Source: Candidatus Hodarchaeota archaeon (GTDB lineage Archaea; Asgardarchaeota; Heimdallarchaeia; Hodarchaeales; Hodarchaeaceae). From it: a DNA stretch of 34,732 nucleotides. The DNA is taken from contig JAEOTM010000115.1 in NCBI GenBank assembly GCA_016839815.1, forward strand, positions 1 through 34,732, given 5' to 3'. Below the pieces are notes generated by a model, which saw only the letters and a list, made by a program, of their open reading frames with translations, searched no databases and was not told where the DNA came from. A program made the translations under genes and the position numbers. How positions within the stretch are numbered: the first letter of the stretch is position 1; each line of letters begins with the position of its first letter. Below are positions 18,614-28,583 of this stretch, in pieces.

Positions 18614-19321
18614 ATGGAAGAAGAGGGAATGTATGCTTATCGTTACCGGGATACTTTGTTAATTCTTAAAATGACCTTGAAAGTCTTGTTCGGATTCATC
18701 TTGATATCCCCGATATTTCTACTACGTTATGGTCGAATGAGTTTCGTGGAGCTGTTAACCCAGGGTATTTTTGCTATTCTTTTCATCGCATTTCTTTGGG
18801 GCATTATGGCTTTTGTTATTATCTTCTTGTTATTCTATATTGTTGATAAACCTCTATTATTTCCGGAAGTTCATCCCTTAACCTTCCGTAATATTAGACT
18901 AATTTCTCTTCCTACTGATCCTCCTCACCAATCTTCCTCTCCAGCTTCTAATCCTGCTCCCGCCTTACAAGTTAGATTATTCATACCCCAAAGCAATCTA
19001 GGACAAGCAATCAGTTACTATTTTCCCTGTCCTATTTTTTTTCCTCGAAACGCAGGTTTAAAAAGTAAATTATTAAATACCCTTGATATACCTATTCCTT
19101 TTGATGCAAAGAATAATGAAATTTTCCGCTGTGCAGGATTATTTAAGACTCGCAACAATCTTCATCAGAAGGTCAGAGGTGACCTATACATTAAAGTGAG
19201 GATTATTCGTACAGCTTATTATTACCTTTTTCTCTTGCTCATCGTGATTATTGGATTTGGGATATACCTAGGAATCCTCATCTACATCCAGAATCTTGGT
19301 ATCTTTCCAGTAAGCCCCTAA
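18614..19321 (+). CDS. Membrane protein with DnaJ C-terminal-like domain
   Basis: Two N-terminal and one C-terminal TM segments. The soluble part contains TLDIPIPFDAKNNEIFRCAG...RGDLYIKVRI. No HPD J-domain. Confidence 0.6.
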   Translation: MEEEGMYAYRYRDTLLILKMTLKVLFGFILISPIFLLRYGRMSFVELLTQGIFAILFIAFLWGIMAFVIIFLLFYIVDKPLLFPEVHPLTFRNIRLISLPTDPPHQSSSPASNPAPALQVRLFIPQSNLGQAISYYFPCPIFFPRNAGLKSKLLNTLDIPIPFDAKNNEIFRCAGLFKTRNNLHQKVRGDLYIKVRIIRTAYYYLFLLLIVIIGFGIYLGILIYIQNLGIFPVSP

Positions 19322-19408
19322 GATGCAAATTCATACTCGTGTGGGGATTTAAAGCTTTTTAGTGAAAATCGAACACTCGTCTCTTATCCCCTTAGATTCA
19401 TCGGTCTC

Positions 19409-21802
19409 CTAAATCAGCTCCTTTTCTCGAAGCAGGAGAATTCCTAAGGATATGGCAACCAGTGTAGAAACAATAAAACCAAGTCCTAGAAGAAATCCTT
19501 CGTCTCCTCCTGAACCGCTTGGATCAAAGTCATAGGCACCTTCCCAACTGGCTCCAGAAATCCAATTAAAGCCGAAATCATAACTCGCAGTTACATATGA
19601 CACTTGCATACTCGAATCAAGAGTTTCAGGATAACTAACGACATAAGAATAGGAAAATTGTAGATCGGGAGGGAGAAAATCCCATGAAGTGGAAGTGGTC
19701 CCAGAAATTAGGGTGAAATTCTCTATAGGGTAAATATCATCAATATCAACAGAGTAGGCACTAGTATCACCGACATTTTTCGCTGTTATAGTCACCTGGT
19801 AAATATTTTCATTTTCAATCTCGAGATCAATGATGGATTTACTCAGTTGGATTAAAGCCCCATAACTTTTCTGCGTTTGTGGATAGAGATTTATAGGAAT
19901 TTCATTCGCATACTGGACTCGAATCGCACCTCCTCGATTACTGACAAAATCATAATCGACATACGCATCTGAATAGGGAGAAAAGAAGCGGGATTCCAAA
20001 AAGGCACCGTTAAATCGCTCTGGATAATCAACCATGAAGGAGCTGTTTACACTTATGCTGTCAGAGGAATCTAGGAAATCAATATAGCCACTGACAGCCG
20101 AAGTGTTAATACCTAGCACGGGTAAACGCCAATTAAGGTCAGTAGCATTATTCCCAACGTTAATAATATCCATATAGACGGTTACTAGATCTCCCGTAAC
20201 AAACGACGTATCAGGGAGTGTATATTCAACCAGTAGATTCGGGGAAATAACATCACAGAGAACAAGGATTTCACTCCCATCAATCTGATATCCTCCACCA
20301 TAATCTCGTGGATTACGAGCCCAGATATTCTCATCTGCGTAATTACTAGCATGATATTCTAATACAGGATCAAACCAGAGAAATGAACCATTCTCAGCTG
20401 TGGTATTACAATAAATCTTGACTGAATAGTTAACTGAAGAGCCCCCTGGAATAGATTCCCAAAATCCTTCGATCTCTTCGTCATCATCGGGATCACCTTC
20501 GACAATCGTATAATTTACTGGAAAACCATAATTAAAGTCGTCATCCAGAGAAACATCATACGCAGGGACCTCTCCAATGTTTGAGATCGTGTAAGTAATA
20601 GTAATATTTTCTCCTGGCATAATATTATATTTATCAGAAGCTACTTGAGCTGTTAATACTGGAATTTCACTCATTCCATCAGTGAAATTTACGTGGGCTG
20701 AATCAGGAAGGACATAATCTGCTCCTTCTCCACTATCAGCGATCATATCAAGGGAATAACGGGTTTGATAGCGCGGGATGTTTTCAAACTTCGGTCGAGC
20801 CGCAATGATTTCACTCCCATGGTAAAGATTGATGTTCAGGTTGCTGTCATTTGCATGAGGATTACATGTAAGTCCATTGCTATAGGGTATTATATCTCTA
20901 AAGCGTAACACATTGGCGGAATTCGAATCAATAGAAAAATGACCTGACTCTAAGAGAGAAATCCCTGCAATATATTCCCAGCGTTGATCGAAATTCTCAG
21001 TAGTACCGTCTATGTACGGTTCTTGATCATAACTATCTGATCCACTCTCATTCATTCCATCCCAATTAGCAGCGAGATGAATACTTTTGTGATTCGCCTC
21101 CAAGAATCGTTTAGTGTTAGGAACTGAAAATAAACCCTCAGAAGGAAGACAATGCTGGAGGAGATATTCAAAGATTGAACGTAAATCTTTACTCGTTGGA
21201 AAGGCGCGCCAGGTTTGTGTAAGTCTTCTTCCACCTAAAGAGAAGCTTTCTCCAAACTTAAAGAACGTAGCTCCACTCCATAATGCTTCGAGTTCGGAAA
21301 TATATTCTTCAAACATTGGGTAGATGATGGAAACATTTGCAGGATCATCTAGTAAGATATAAAACTCAAGAAAGATATGGGAAACAATACTTTCGATATC
21401 ATCATCATAAAGAAATTCATAACTAGTATCCTGATAAGTGATGGGCCCCCATTGCTCAAAAAATTGATCATGTTGAACGATAGCTAATCGTACCCGGAGA
21501 TCCTCAAGAGAAACTGTGGAAGCATTAACAGGAGTCGTAAGATTAATAGGAAATGAGATATCACCTATTCCCTGATCAACTAAATTCCATTCTTTTAATA
21601 TTGAACCGTCCTTGAGAACAGTCAGATCAAGATATTCCGAATAATAACTATTATCGGGTTCTGGGGGGATCCATGATTGAGTTACTTTCATGCTATTCTT
21701 AGAATTCTTATAAACCAAATCTCTATTCATACTAGAATTGGAGGTTAGCATCAGTATACTGAATATTATCAAGAGAGTGATCTTGTGGTGAGTAAGTTTC
21801 AT
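19409..21802 (-). CDS. Secreted, C-terminally anchored acidic surface protein with three DUF11/TRAP-beta-like Ig domains
   Basis: Start reassigned to MKLTHHK at 21802 (AAGGAG RBS, signal peptide follows). Domains GENITITYTISNIGEVPAYDV, GDLVTVYMDIINVG and YQVTITAKNVGDTSAYSV. C-terminal TM. Confidence 0.8.
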   Translation of the reverse strand: MKLTHHKITLLIIFSILMLTSNSSMNRDLVYKNSKNSMKVTQSWIPPEPDNSYYSEYLDLTVLKDGSILKEWNLVDQGIGDISFPINLTTPVNASTVSLEDLRVRLAIVQHDQFFEQWGPITYQDTSYEFLYDDDIESIVSHIFLEFYILLDDPANVSIIYPMFEEYISELEALWSGATFFKFGESFSLGGRRLTQTWRAFPTSKDLRSIFEYLLQHCLPSEGLFSVPNTKRFLEANHKSIHLAANWDGMNESGSDSYDQEPYIDGTTENFDQRWEYIAGISLLESGHFSIDSNSANVLRFRDIIPYSNGLTCNPHANDSNLNINLYHGSEIIAARPKFENIPRYQTRYSLDMIADSGEGADYVLPDSAHVNFTDGMSEIPVLTAQVASDKYNIMPGENITITYTISNIGEVPAYDVSLDDDFNYGFPVNYTIVEGDPDDDEEIEGFWESIPGGSSVNYSVKIYCNTTAENGSFLWFDPVLEYHASNYADENIWARNPRDYGGGYQIDGSEILVLCDVISPNLLVEYTLPDTSFVTGDLVTVYMDIINVGNNATDLNWRLPVLGINTSAVSGYIDFLDSSDSISVNSSFMVDYPERFNGAFLESRFFSPYSDAYVDYDFVSNRGGAIRVQYANEIPINLYPQTQKSYGALIQLSKSIIDLEIENENIYQVTITAKNVGDTSAYSVDIDDIYPIENFTLISGTTSTSWDFLPPDLQFSYSYVVSYPETLDSSMQVSYVTASYDFGFNWISGASWEGAYDFDPSGSGGDEGFLLGLGFIVSTLVAISLGILLLREKELI

Positions 21803-21973
21803 CTTTGTCTCCTTCTTTCTTTTCAAATAATGACGAATTAGATGAATTAACACTAATTTCGGCCTTAAATAATCTTGTATATGTTTTAATATAATACACA
21901 TATGCAGTCGCTTAGTGTTTTTTCATAAAAATACAAGAGAATCAACACCGTCCCGTCCACAACCCGTTATTTA

Positions 21974-22807
21974 TCAATCCTTCTTTCTCGTTTCCATTCG
22001 TATGAAAAAAAACCATGACAAAATTAAAGCAATTGCAATAATTATCCCGAAGAAACTGAATGCTTCATTCACCTCTCCAATGGTTGATATTTGCTCTTCT
22101 TGTGTCATAAAAAGGTAATTCGTGATGATATAAACCCGGAAGTACGTAGAGAACTGTAACATTTCCTCAGTGGCAAATCCCAGGTAAATTGAGCTGAAAA
22201 TGAAAAATGGAATCACAAAAAAAACGATAATTGGGAAGCCACTTCCCATTCCACTCAAAGATCTGTATTTCATCACTAATGTATTACCAAACACAGTCAC
22301 CATTAGGGGGACGGTTGAGACGATTAGTACAATAACTAGAGCGACCAAAAATCTTTCCAATGATATTGGTACGTCTTGTTGCCAAATGAAAAAGGAGATT
22401 ACACATCCAATCCATGTACTCAGACTTGTAAAAAGGAGTACAATCGCTGATGTGCTCAGTTTTCCAATAAACACTTCAGACTTCTTTGTTGATGTGAATA
22501 AGAATTCAAGAGCTGACTCATTGAGAAATAATTCTTGAATAACAACAATTGATACCAGAATATTGACCACATAAGCGAATGTGACATAAATCTGAAGAAC
22601 ATGGCCAACAAACCACTCATATCCATTCAGATGTAAGTAGATCTCTAATGAGGCATTCTGACCAGCAAAACTGACATATAATAGTGTAGGGACAAGACAA
22701 AAACTCAGGAGTATTAAGGCACGATTTGAGAACAAAAAACGCTTTGCTTCATACTTTGTAATGATTAAGCTGTTCCTGATAATGAACCAGATTTCCCATA
22801 TGACCAT
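21974..22807 (-). CDS. ABC-2 type exporter permease
   Basis: Six TM pattern, TKYEAKRF and EFLFTSTKKSEVFIGK signatures, adjacent to an ABC ATPase. Confidence 0.85.
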   Translation of the reverse strand: MVIWEIWFIIRNSLIITKYEAKRFLFSNRALILLSFCLVPTLLYVSFAGQNASLEIYLHLNGYEWFVGHVLQIYVTFAYVVNILVSIVVIQELFLNESALEFLFTSTKKSEVFIGKLSTSAIVLLFTSLSTWIGCVISFFIWQQDVPISLERFLVALVIVLIVSTVPLMVTVFGNTLVMKYRSLSGMGSGFPIIVFFVIPFFIFSSIYLGFATEEMLQFSTYFRVYIITNYLFMTQEEQISTIGEVNEAFSFFGIIIAIALILSWFFFIRMETRKKD

Positions 22808-22836
22808 TTTTGCAGGATTTTTAACTTGCGTCTTTC

Positions 22837-23487
22837 TCAGCTCTCTCTTTGAATTGGAAAATGGATTTTTCGATAATTGGTAAAATGAGCTTTCTCATGT
22901 GAGGCAGCGATTACAATATTTCCTTTCTTAGTATAATTTTTCAGATAATCCTCTAGATAACGCTTCATTTGATCATCTAAATTCGCATATGGTTCATCAA
23001 GGAGTAAAACTTTCGGTTCATTCAATACTGCAGCACATAAACCCATCCGTTGTCGCATCCCTTCGCTATACACACTAACATCAATATTTATCCATTTATC
23101 AAGTCCAAATTGAACAAGTAACCGCGTTGCTCTCTCTTTGGGGGATTTAATTCCCATAAGTCTTCCTAAATAACATAAAAAATTAAGTCCAGATACTCCA
23201 GCATGAAATTTGCATGCCTCAGGCATAAAACCAATCATGTCAAGCAATGACCTGCTTCTACGTTTTGTATTGTGACTAAATACTACAATATTTCCAGAAG
23301 TAGGCATTGACAATGTTCCTATCATTCTCAAAAGAGTCGATTTTCCAGATCCATTTGGCCCTAATAATAAGACTAACTCACCTTCGGAGATTGTTATCTC
23401 AAGATTATCAATTACTCGTACCTTAAGTCCCGCCCTCCATATTCTAAAACTTTTACTCACGTTTTGAATCGAGATTTCTCCAACCAA
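22837..23487 (-). CDS. ABC transporter ATP-binding protein
   Basis: Walker A GPNGSGKST, signature YSEGMRQR, Walker B LLLDEP and H-loop ASH. Short C-terminus. Confidence 0.93.
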   Translation of the reverse strand: MVGEISIQNVSKSFRIWRAGLKVRVIDNLEITISEGELVLLLGPNGSGKSTLLRMIGTLSMPTSGNIVVFSHNTKRRSRSLLDMIGFMPEACKFHAGVSGLNFLCYLGRLMGIKSPKERATRLLVQFGLDKWINIDVSVYSEGMRQRMGLCAAVLNEPKVLLLDEPYANLDDQMKRYLEDYLKNYTKKGNIVIAASHEKAHFTNYRKIHFPIQRES

Positions 23488-23638
23488 CGAAGTAGCACCC
23501 TTACTTCCGTAAATATAGATTATTACTCATGAAGGAACAGCTAAATGAAGTGAATATCAGAAGTGTAAAAAGATTCCTTTTCAAAAATGTTCATTCTAAG
23601 TGTGAAAGAGTATTTTTATTTGAAATTTTAGTTGGATA

Positions 23639-24478
23639 ATGATGCGAAATTTCTACTCAAAGAATTTCTTTATTGTCTTTTTCCTCTTATTATGTCTCTC
23701 TCCCATTCAAAGTATCAATTCTACTTCCCAGAATGAACCCAGACTCATCCCTTTTATCGGAATGGTTGTAAGTTATAGATTGGAAGCTCAACTTGATGTA
23801 GGATTGCCTCTACCCATCCCAGTCATTGCAAACTGGACAGTGGTCTGGGAACAGTATAATACATCACACCCCGATATTTTTATATCTACATTATCATTAA
23901 AATCGCTTTATTTGACTTTATACGGGGGAATTGATCAAGAATCTGGGATCATTGTGGAGAACATCACTTCTCGCCAGGTATTATGGGTTGAGATAGAAAA
24001 TACTACCTTTTTAAAGAAAATGTACTCACTATATTATGCTCCAGATCGGCCCAATTATTCTCCTTTTTATATTCCCACAGACGATCTAAGTATCAACATG
24101 AGTATGGGTATCTACAATTATTCAATGACTGTTATCACTAAAGATAGAATTACAGTTAGTGAATTTGGTTATCGAGATGTGTGGATTATCCAAAAAAATG
24201 TGACAAGTTCAAGTGCTGTAAACCATTTTATTAGCTTAATTTATGATGATATTACAGGTGTACTTGTGGGAGGTAGTCTTTACACTCGTTGGTTCAGGGA
24301 GAATGATACTGAGGATATATACAGTGTTAAAATTATTTGTCAGACTACAAATGCATTAGCAAGGCATTTAGTCATCATTAGAACTAATGAACTACTTGTT
24401 ATACTAATTAGTTGTTTACCCATTATCCCCTCTTTAATTAAACTAATGAAACTAAAAGAAATCAGAGGGGGTCTCTAA
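23639..24478 (+). CDS. Secreted, C-terminally anchored hypothetical glycoprotein
   Basis: Signal peptide, beta-rich body with LIYDDITGVLV, several NxS/T sequons, C-terminal hydrophobic segment and basic tail. Confidence 0.75.
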   Translation: MMRNFYSKNFFIVFFLLLCLSPIQSINSTSQNEPRLIPFIGMVVSYRLEAQLDVGLPLPIPVIANWTVVWEQYNTSHPDIFISTLSLKSLYLTLYGGIDQESGIIVENITSRQVLWVEIENTTFLKKMYSLYYAPDRPNYSPFYIPTDDLSINMSMGIYNYSMTVITKDRITVSEFGYRDVWIIQKNVTSSSAVNHFISLIYDDITGVLVGGSLYTRWFRENDTEDIYSVKIICQTTNALARHLVIIRTNELLVILISCLPIIPSLIKLMKLKEIRGGL

Positions 24479-24488
24479 CCTTTTATGA

Positions 24489-25136
24489 ATGATTGTCCTC
24501 ATAGTAAAGGGAGATTCAATGTTACAAAATCAAAAACTCGATTATTCCAGATTAATCATCTCTTTCTCTGCAATCCTAGCATTTATTCTCTTGTTCCTTG
24601 AACTACTGATTTTAACTCCTCGTCCTTGGCCGTATACAGACGGTGGTGGATGGGAACGTATTAGTCTTTACCAATCCATTTTCTGGACTCAATATATTGC
24701 TCACTGTCAGTTTTTCAAACCTACAGTTTTTGGCCTTCTTATCTGGAAATATTGGGGACTAGGTTTAGCTGTTTTCCTCAGTCAGTTCAACTATTTTAGC
24801 AAAAAAAAACCAGCCAGCAATTTCAAAATTCCAATTAATGTAGGTTATGCTTTCAGTTTGGCTCTTATTCCCCAAGTGGCACTCTATTTCTTGTATGCCT
24901 TTCGATTTCAAAAATTGTATTACCATGGCCTTTTAAATCCTCTTTTCACTCCACATTACTTGGTTATCTCATCCTTAGGGCTAATAATCTTCCCTTTAAT
25001 CACTTTTCTAGCAGCATTCGGGAGCCTTCGTTCCAAGGATATTTCCTATTTTTTCGGACTATTCGTTTGGGTTCTATTTGATATTTTTATATCATTAATT
25101 CTGCTGAATTTCTTGTTATGGGGTTGTGGAGGTTAA
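24489..25136 (+). CDS. Hypothetical polytopic membrane protein (~5 TM)
   Basis: Hydrophobic segments, 10 nt downstream of the previous gene. Start may be the MLQNQK ATG preceded by GGGAG. Confidence 0.7.
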   Translation: MIVLIVKGDSMLQNQKLDYSRLIISFSAILAFILLFLELLILTPRPWPYTDGGGWERISLYQSIFWTQYIAHCQFFKPTVFGLLIWKYWGLGLAVFLSQFNYFSKKKPASNFKIPINVGYAFSLALIPQVALYFLYAFRFQKLYYHGLLNPLFTPHYLVISSLGLIIFPLITFLAAFGSLRSKDISYFFGLFVWVLFDIFISLILLNFLLWGCGG

Positions 25137-25201
25137 TAATCATATGATAGGAGATCTTTGGAATTCACTAGTCGTGATAAGGCTGTAGAAGTAGAATAAT
25201 T

Positions 25202-25402
25202 GTGAAACTTATGAAAATTCTAACAAAAGATATCCAAATCTATATTAGATTATTCCTGTTTAATCTTGGACTAGTTGTTTCCATCTCTTCTTTCATATTG
25301 CTAGCAATTTTCAAATTTAGAATTATCCCCGGGATCTTATTTATTTTTACTTTAGTTCTTGGGATATTTATTACTCAAAAATGTATGAGGTTTAGGCGGT
25401 GA
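25202..25402 (+). CDS. Small two-TM membrane protein
   Basis: Two hydrophobic helices with a basic tail, co-oriented and closely spaced with its neighbours. Confidence 0.55.
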   Translation: MKLMKILTKDIQIYIRLFLFNLGLVVSISSFILLAIFKFRIIPGILFIFTLVLGIFITQKCMRFRR

Positions 25403-25409
25403 TTACACG

Positions 25410-26435
25410 TTGAAAGCTATAGTACTAGACAAACTAGGACGTTCGGATGTCCTTCAAGTTAAAAATGTACCCAAACCAGATATTACAACATCAAATGAAA
25501 TTCTGGTTAATTTAAAATTCTCTGGTATAAATTTTGCTGAAATTCTTGCACGTAGAGGCCTTTACAAATGGGTTCCATCGAAAAGAGGTTTTATCTTAGG
25601 AATGGAAGGAGCAGGGATTGTTGAAGAAGTAGGGGGTGATGTTACTAATTTCAATAAAGGGGATTCTGTTATCGTAGCAAGAGGATTTGGTTGTCATGCA
25701 GAATATATCTCAATAGATAAAAAATATGTTTTTCCAACTCTTCCACAATATACGTTACAGCAGAATGCAGCCTTTTCTGGATCATTCTTAACTGCTTACA
25801 TTGCACTAGTACAAATGGCAAGAGTGAGAGTAGGGGAAACTATCTTAGTTCAAGCGGCAGCAGGAGCACTAGGAACTGCAACAGTCATTCTCGCCAAAGC
25901 TCTTGGCTTAAAGGTTGCTGGAACTGCTTCCTCATCTGAAAAAATCGATTTTCTACATAAAATCGGCGTCGATTTAGGTATAAATTACTCTAACCAGAGA
26001 TTTCAGGATATAATATTGGAATGGACAAATTTTAAAGGTATCGACGTGGTATTAGAGAGTGTGGGAGGCGAAATATTTCAGAATTCCCTCTTATGTCTTT
26101 CTCCAATGGGCCGCTTAGTTTTTGTTGGTCTAAGCAGTGTTCGATTTAATAAATTCAATCCTTTAACATGGTGGTCGACATACAAACTCATCCCACGAGT
26201 TAACCTACTGAATATGCTAGGCAAGTCACAGGGAATACTCACATTTCATATAGGTAGATTACTTGATACTAGTTACACAGAATTAAGAGGAATATTTGAG
26301 GATCTAGTTGATTTTGTTTCTCAACATCAGATAACTCCTTATATTGGTAGGATTTTTCCGTTGAAAAAAATTGCAGAAGCTCATCAATTTATAGAATCAC
26401 GACAAAGTATTGGAAAAGTTGTACTAGAGATTTAG
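25410..26435 (+). CDS. NADPH:quinone oxidoreductase, zinc-independent MDR family (VAT-1-like)
   Basis: GINFAEILARRGLY, LGMEGAG, ILVQAAAGALG, GIDVVLESVGG and AHQFIESRQSIGKVVL. No catalytic Zn ligands. Confidence 0.9.
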   Translation: MKAIVLDKLGRSDVLQVKNVPKPDITTSNEILVNLKFSGINFAEILARRGLYKWVPSKRGFILGMEGAGIVEEVGGDVTNFNKGDSVIVARGFGCHAEYISIDKKYVFPTLPQYTLQQNAAFSGSFLTAYIALVQMARVRVGETILVQAAAGALGTATVILAKALGLKVAGTASSSEKIDFLHKIGVDLGINYSNQRFQDIILEWTNFKGIDVVLESVGGEIFQNSLLCLSPMGRLVFVGLSSVRFNKFNPLTWWSTYKLIPRVNLLNMLGKSQGILTFHIGRLLDTSYTELRGIFEDLVDFVSQHQITPYIGRIFPLKKIAEAHQFIESRQSIGKVVLEI

Positions 26436-26559
26436 AATCTTCAGGAGAATCATTACGATTGCTTTAGTCTTTTGAATGAGGGATGAAAAATCGATGAAAT
26501 AGGTAAGTTCAAAAAACATCTATGACAATCTTTTGTTTATTCATAATAAGGGGAAAATT

Positions 26560-27411
26560 ATGCAAAAATTAGAAACGAAAGCAACTAGTAACAAAAAAGC
26601 TACAAATGCATTATTGGGTGTAGGAGTATTTGTATTTCTAACGATCTTGATTCCATTTTTCAAATTAGGGGGGGGTTTTTTGACTTATTCTTCGTACGAT
26701 GAACTCTCTGGTTCCACAGGGACGATTGATTTCTTTTGGGACGAAATGTCTGTTTCTGTATCATTTATCGAAGTGGGATTTAGTTATTCCGATTTTTCCT
26801 CAACTTTTGGTTTCGCCTCGAATGTACAATTTGTTTGGGATCTCCTTCCTATCTGGGGTTTCCTCTTCCTAATCCTTGGAATTCTCGGAGCAGTGCTCGT
26901 GGCCATTACTCCTCTTCAACAGTTAGGAGGATCTCAACCAAGTGAATCATCATATGGAAGAAACGGTTTAATAGTTGCTTTAATAGGTACAGGTGTTGAA
27001 TATAGCCTTTTCCTTATTTTATGGGCATTTGAAGATTGGGGAACTCGACCAGACTTAAATTTGATCATTCTTGGATGTTTCATTCTAGGGTGGATAGCGT
27101 TAAGCTGGGGGCATTCAGCAGCAGCTGCGATCCCGACAAGTGACTCGATTCAATATTCAGCACCATCTAGATCCGTGATGCGACCAACATCTCTCTCGAC
27201 AAAACGATGTCCTAGCTGTAGCAATATTTGTGTTGATCATGCCACCTTTTGTGAAAAATGTGGTCAAAAATTTACGGTTGAACAAGTTATTCCAGTTACT
27301 AAATACTGTCCTATTTGTAGTTTTTCGAATAATCCTGAAGCAAAGTTCTGTGAATCATGTGGTACTCCTCTTCAGGGGAAACTAGAGGATAACGAACTTT
27401 CCTCTCCCTAG
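26560..27411 (+). CDS. Four-TM membrane protein with C-terminal double zinc ribbons
   Basis: Four TM segments, then CPSC...CEKCG and CPIC...CESCG. ATG at 26560 preferred. Its stop overlaps the convergent ankyrin gene stop (CTAG 27408-27411). Confidence 0.8.
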   Translation: MQKLETKATSNKKATNALLGVGVFVFLTILIPFFKLGGGFLTYSSYDELSGSTGTIDFFWDEMSVSVSFIEVGFSYSDFSSTFGFASNVQFVWDLLPIWGFLFLILGILGAVLVAITPLQQLGGSQPSESSYGRNGLIVALIGTGVEYSLFLILWAFEDWGTRPDLNLIILGCFILGWIALSWGHSAAAAIPTSDSIQYSAPSRSVMRPTSLSTKRCPSCSNICVDHATFCEKCGQKFTVEQVIPVTKYCPICSFSNNPEAKFCESCGTPLQGKLEDNELSSP

Positions 27412-28505
27412 GATTTTTGTGAAAGCTGTAACATTTTAATAATATCTGTATGATTTCTCTCTATCGCCAATGAAAGTGGAGAATGTCCCTGGGCCTCACA
27501 TTCTGGATCTGCCCGATGTTTCAACAGTAATGAAGTAATTTCAATATTGCCCATCTCTGCTGATCTATGTAAGCTTGTAAAGCCTCGATTATCACCTTTA
27601 TTAACATCGGCACCTTTCTCAATTAAGTATTCTACTACCTCAATATTTTGTTCTTGTACAGCAGACATTAATGCCGTTGTCCCTTCAATCGAAGGGCAAT
27701 CAATATGTGCACCATTGTGTAATAAGAAATCCATCATTTCGAAATTTTTAAGACCACTCGCCCATTGAAACGGTGAAAAACCATCTTTTGCTAAAAGATC
27801 TATGGGAATTCCTTTTTCTAAGAGATTTTTAACAGAAGTTATAGCACCTCTTGCCACTGCAATGTGAAATAAGGTAGTTGATCGTAAAGGGCTGGTAATT
27901 TTATTATTTGGTATCTGATGGTGAGTAGCTGCCAATGAAATTCTACCGAAATTGGAAAAACACCACATTGGCACTTGTTGTGGGGATTCGGCCATTTCTT
28001 TTGAAATCGGAACTGGATAGACCGTGTTATACACTAAATTTCGCATCAAGAAGTTAAAATACAGTTCTGTTGATTTTGGGGATTCATCATCTTCTACGAA
28101 GGTTCCAAGAATATCAGTTATCTCAATAGAGTCTTTTTTTTGTATAACTTGCGCTACAACTTGAACTTCTCTCAACCAACTTCTAACAAATATTATTTTT
28201 TTATCATGGTAAAAAACAGCCCACTTATCTTCCATTGCAGAAGGAACAAACAATACACCATCAAAAAGAGTACCATCTGTGGGAAAAATAAAAGACACTT
28301 TGATTTTTCTCTTATTTGGAGGTTTCTGGTCGCTGAAACTAAGACCATCATCTCCCCCATATGAGATTGCATTCTTTGCTTTTTCAGGATCTTCCGAATA
28401 AGAGGTTATTTGCGATGTGACTGGTCTTAAGTCTAATACAGGTACTTTCCATGGATTCTCCTCCGCTTTTAACCACGTTATTTCACTATCTAAAATATCT
28501 GTCAT
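27408..28505 (-). CDS. Ankyrin-repeat protein with uncharacterised N-terminal domain
   Basis: About 5 ankyrin repeats (GFSPFQWA, GTTALMSA, GFTSLHRSA, GHSPLSLA) after an ~205-aa domain containing MEDKWAVFY...FVRSW. Confidence 0.9.
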   Translation of the reverse strand: MTDILDSEITWLKAEENPWKVPVLDLRPVTSQITSYSEDPEKAKNAISYGGDDGLSFSDQKPPNKRKIKVSFIFPTDGTLFDGVLFVPSAMEDKWAVFYHDKKIIFVRSWLREVQVVAQVIQKKDSIEITDILGTFVEDDESPKSTELYFNFLMRNLVYNTVYPVPISKEMAESPQQVPMWCFSNFGRISLAATHHQIPNNKITSPLRSTTLFHIAVARGAITSVKNLLEKGIPIDLLAKDGFSPFQWASGLKNFEMMDFLLHNGAHIDCPSIEGTTALMSAVQEQNIEVVEYLIEKGADVNKGDNRGFTSLHRSAEMGNIEITSLLLKHRADPECEAQGHSPLSLAIERNHTDIIKMLQLSQKS

Positions 28506-28583
28506 TTCAATACCACCACATACTCTCTACCCAAACAAGGGAATCATAATTAACTTTTCTTTTTCCTCAGATATCGCACATAG

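Noticed and set aside
19355-19400. tRNA-like GTTCGATT on the minus strand
   Set aside because: No canonical T-stem or cloverleaf can be built.
21803-21901. 33-aa N-terminal extension of the 830-aa ORF
   Set aside because: The downstream ATG at 21802 has an AAGGAG RBS and is followed by a signal peptide. The extension looks like promoter DNA.
25122-25136. C-terminal CGG as a ubiquitin/SAMP-like diglycine
   Set aside because: It directly follows a TM helix of a polytopic membrane protein, with no beta-grasp domain and no E1/JAB genes nearby.
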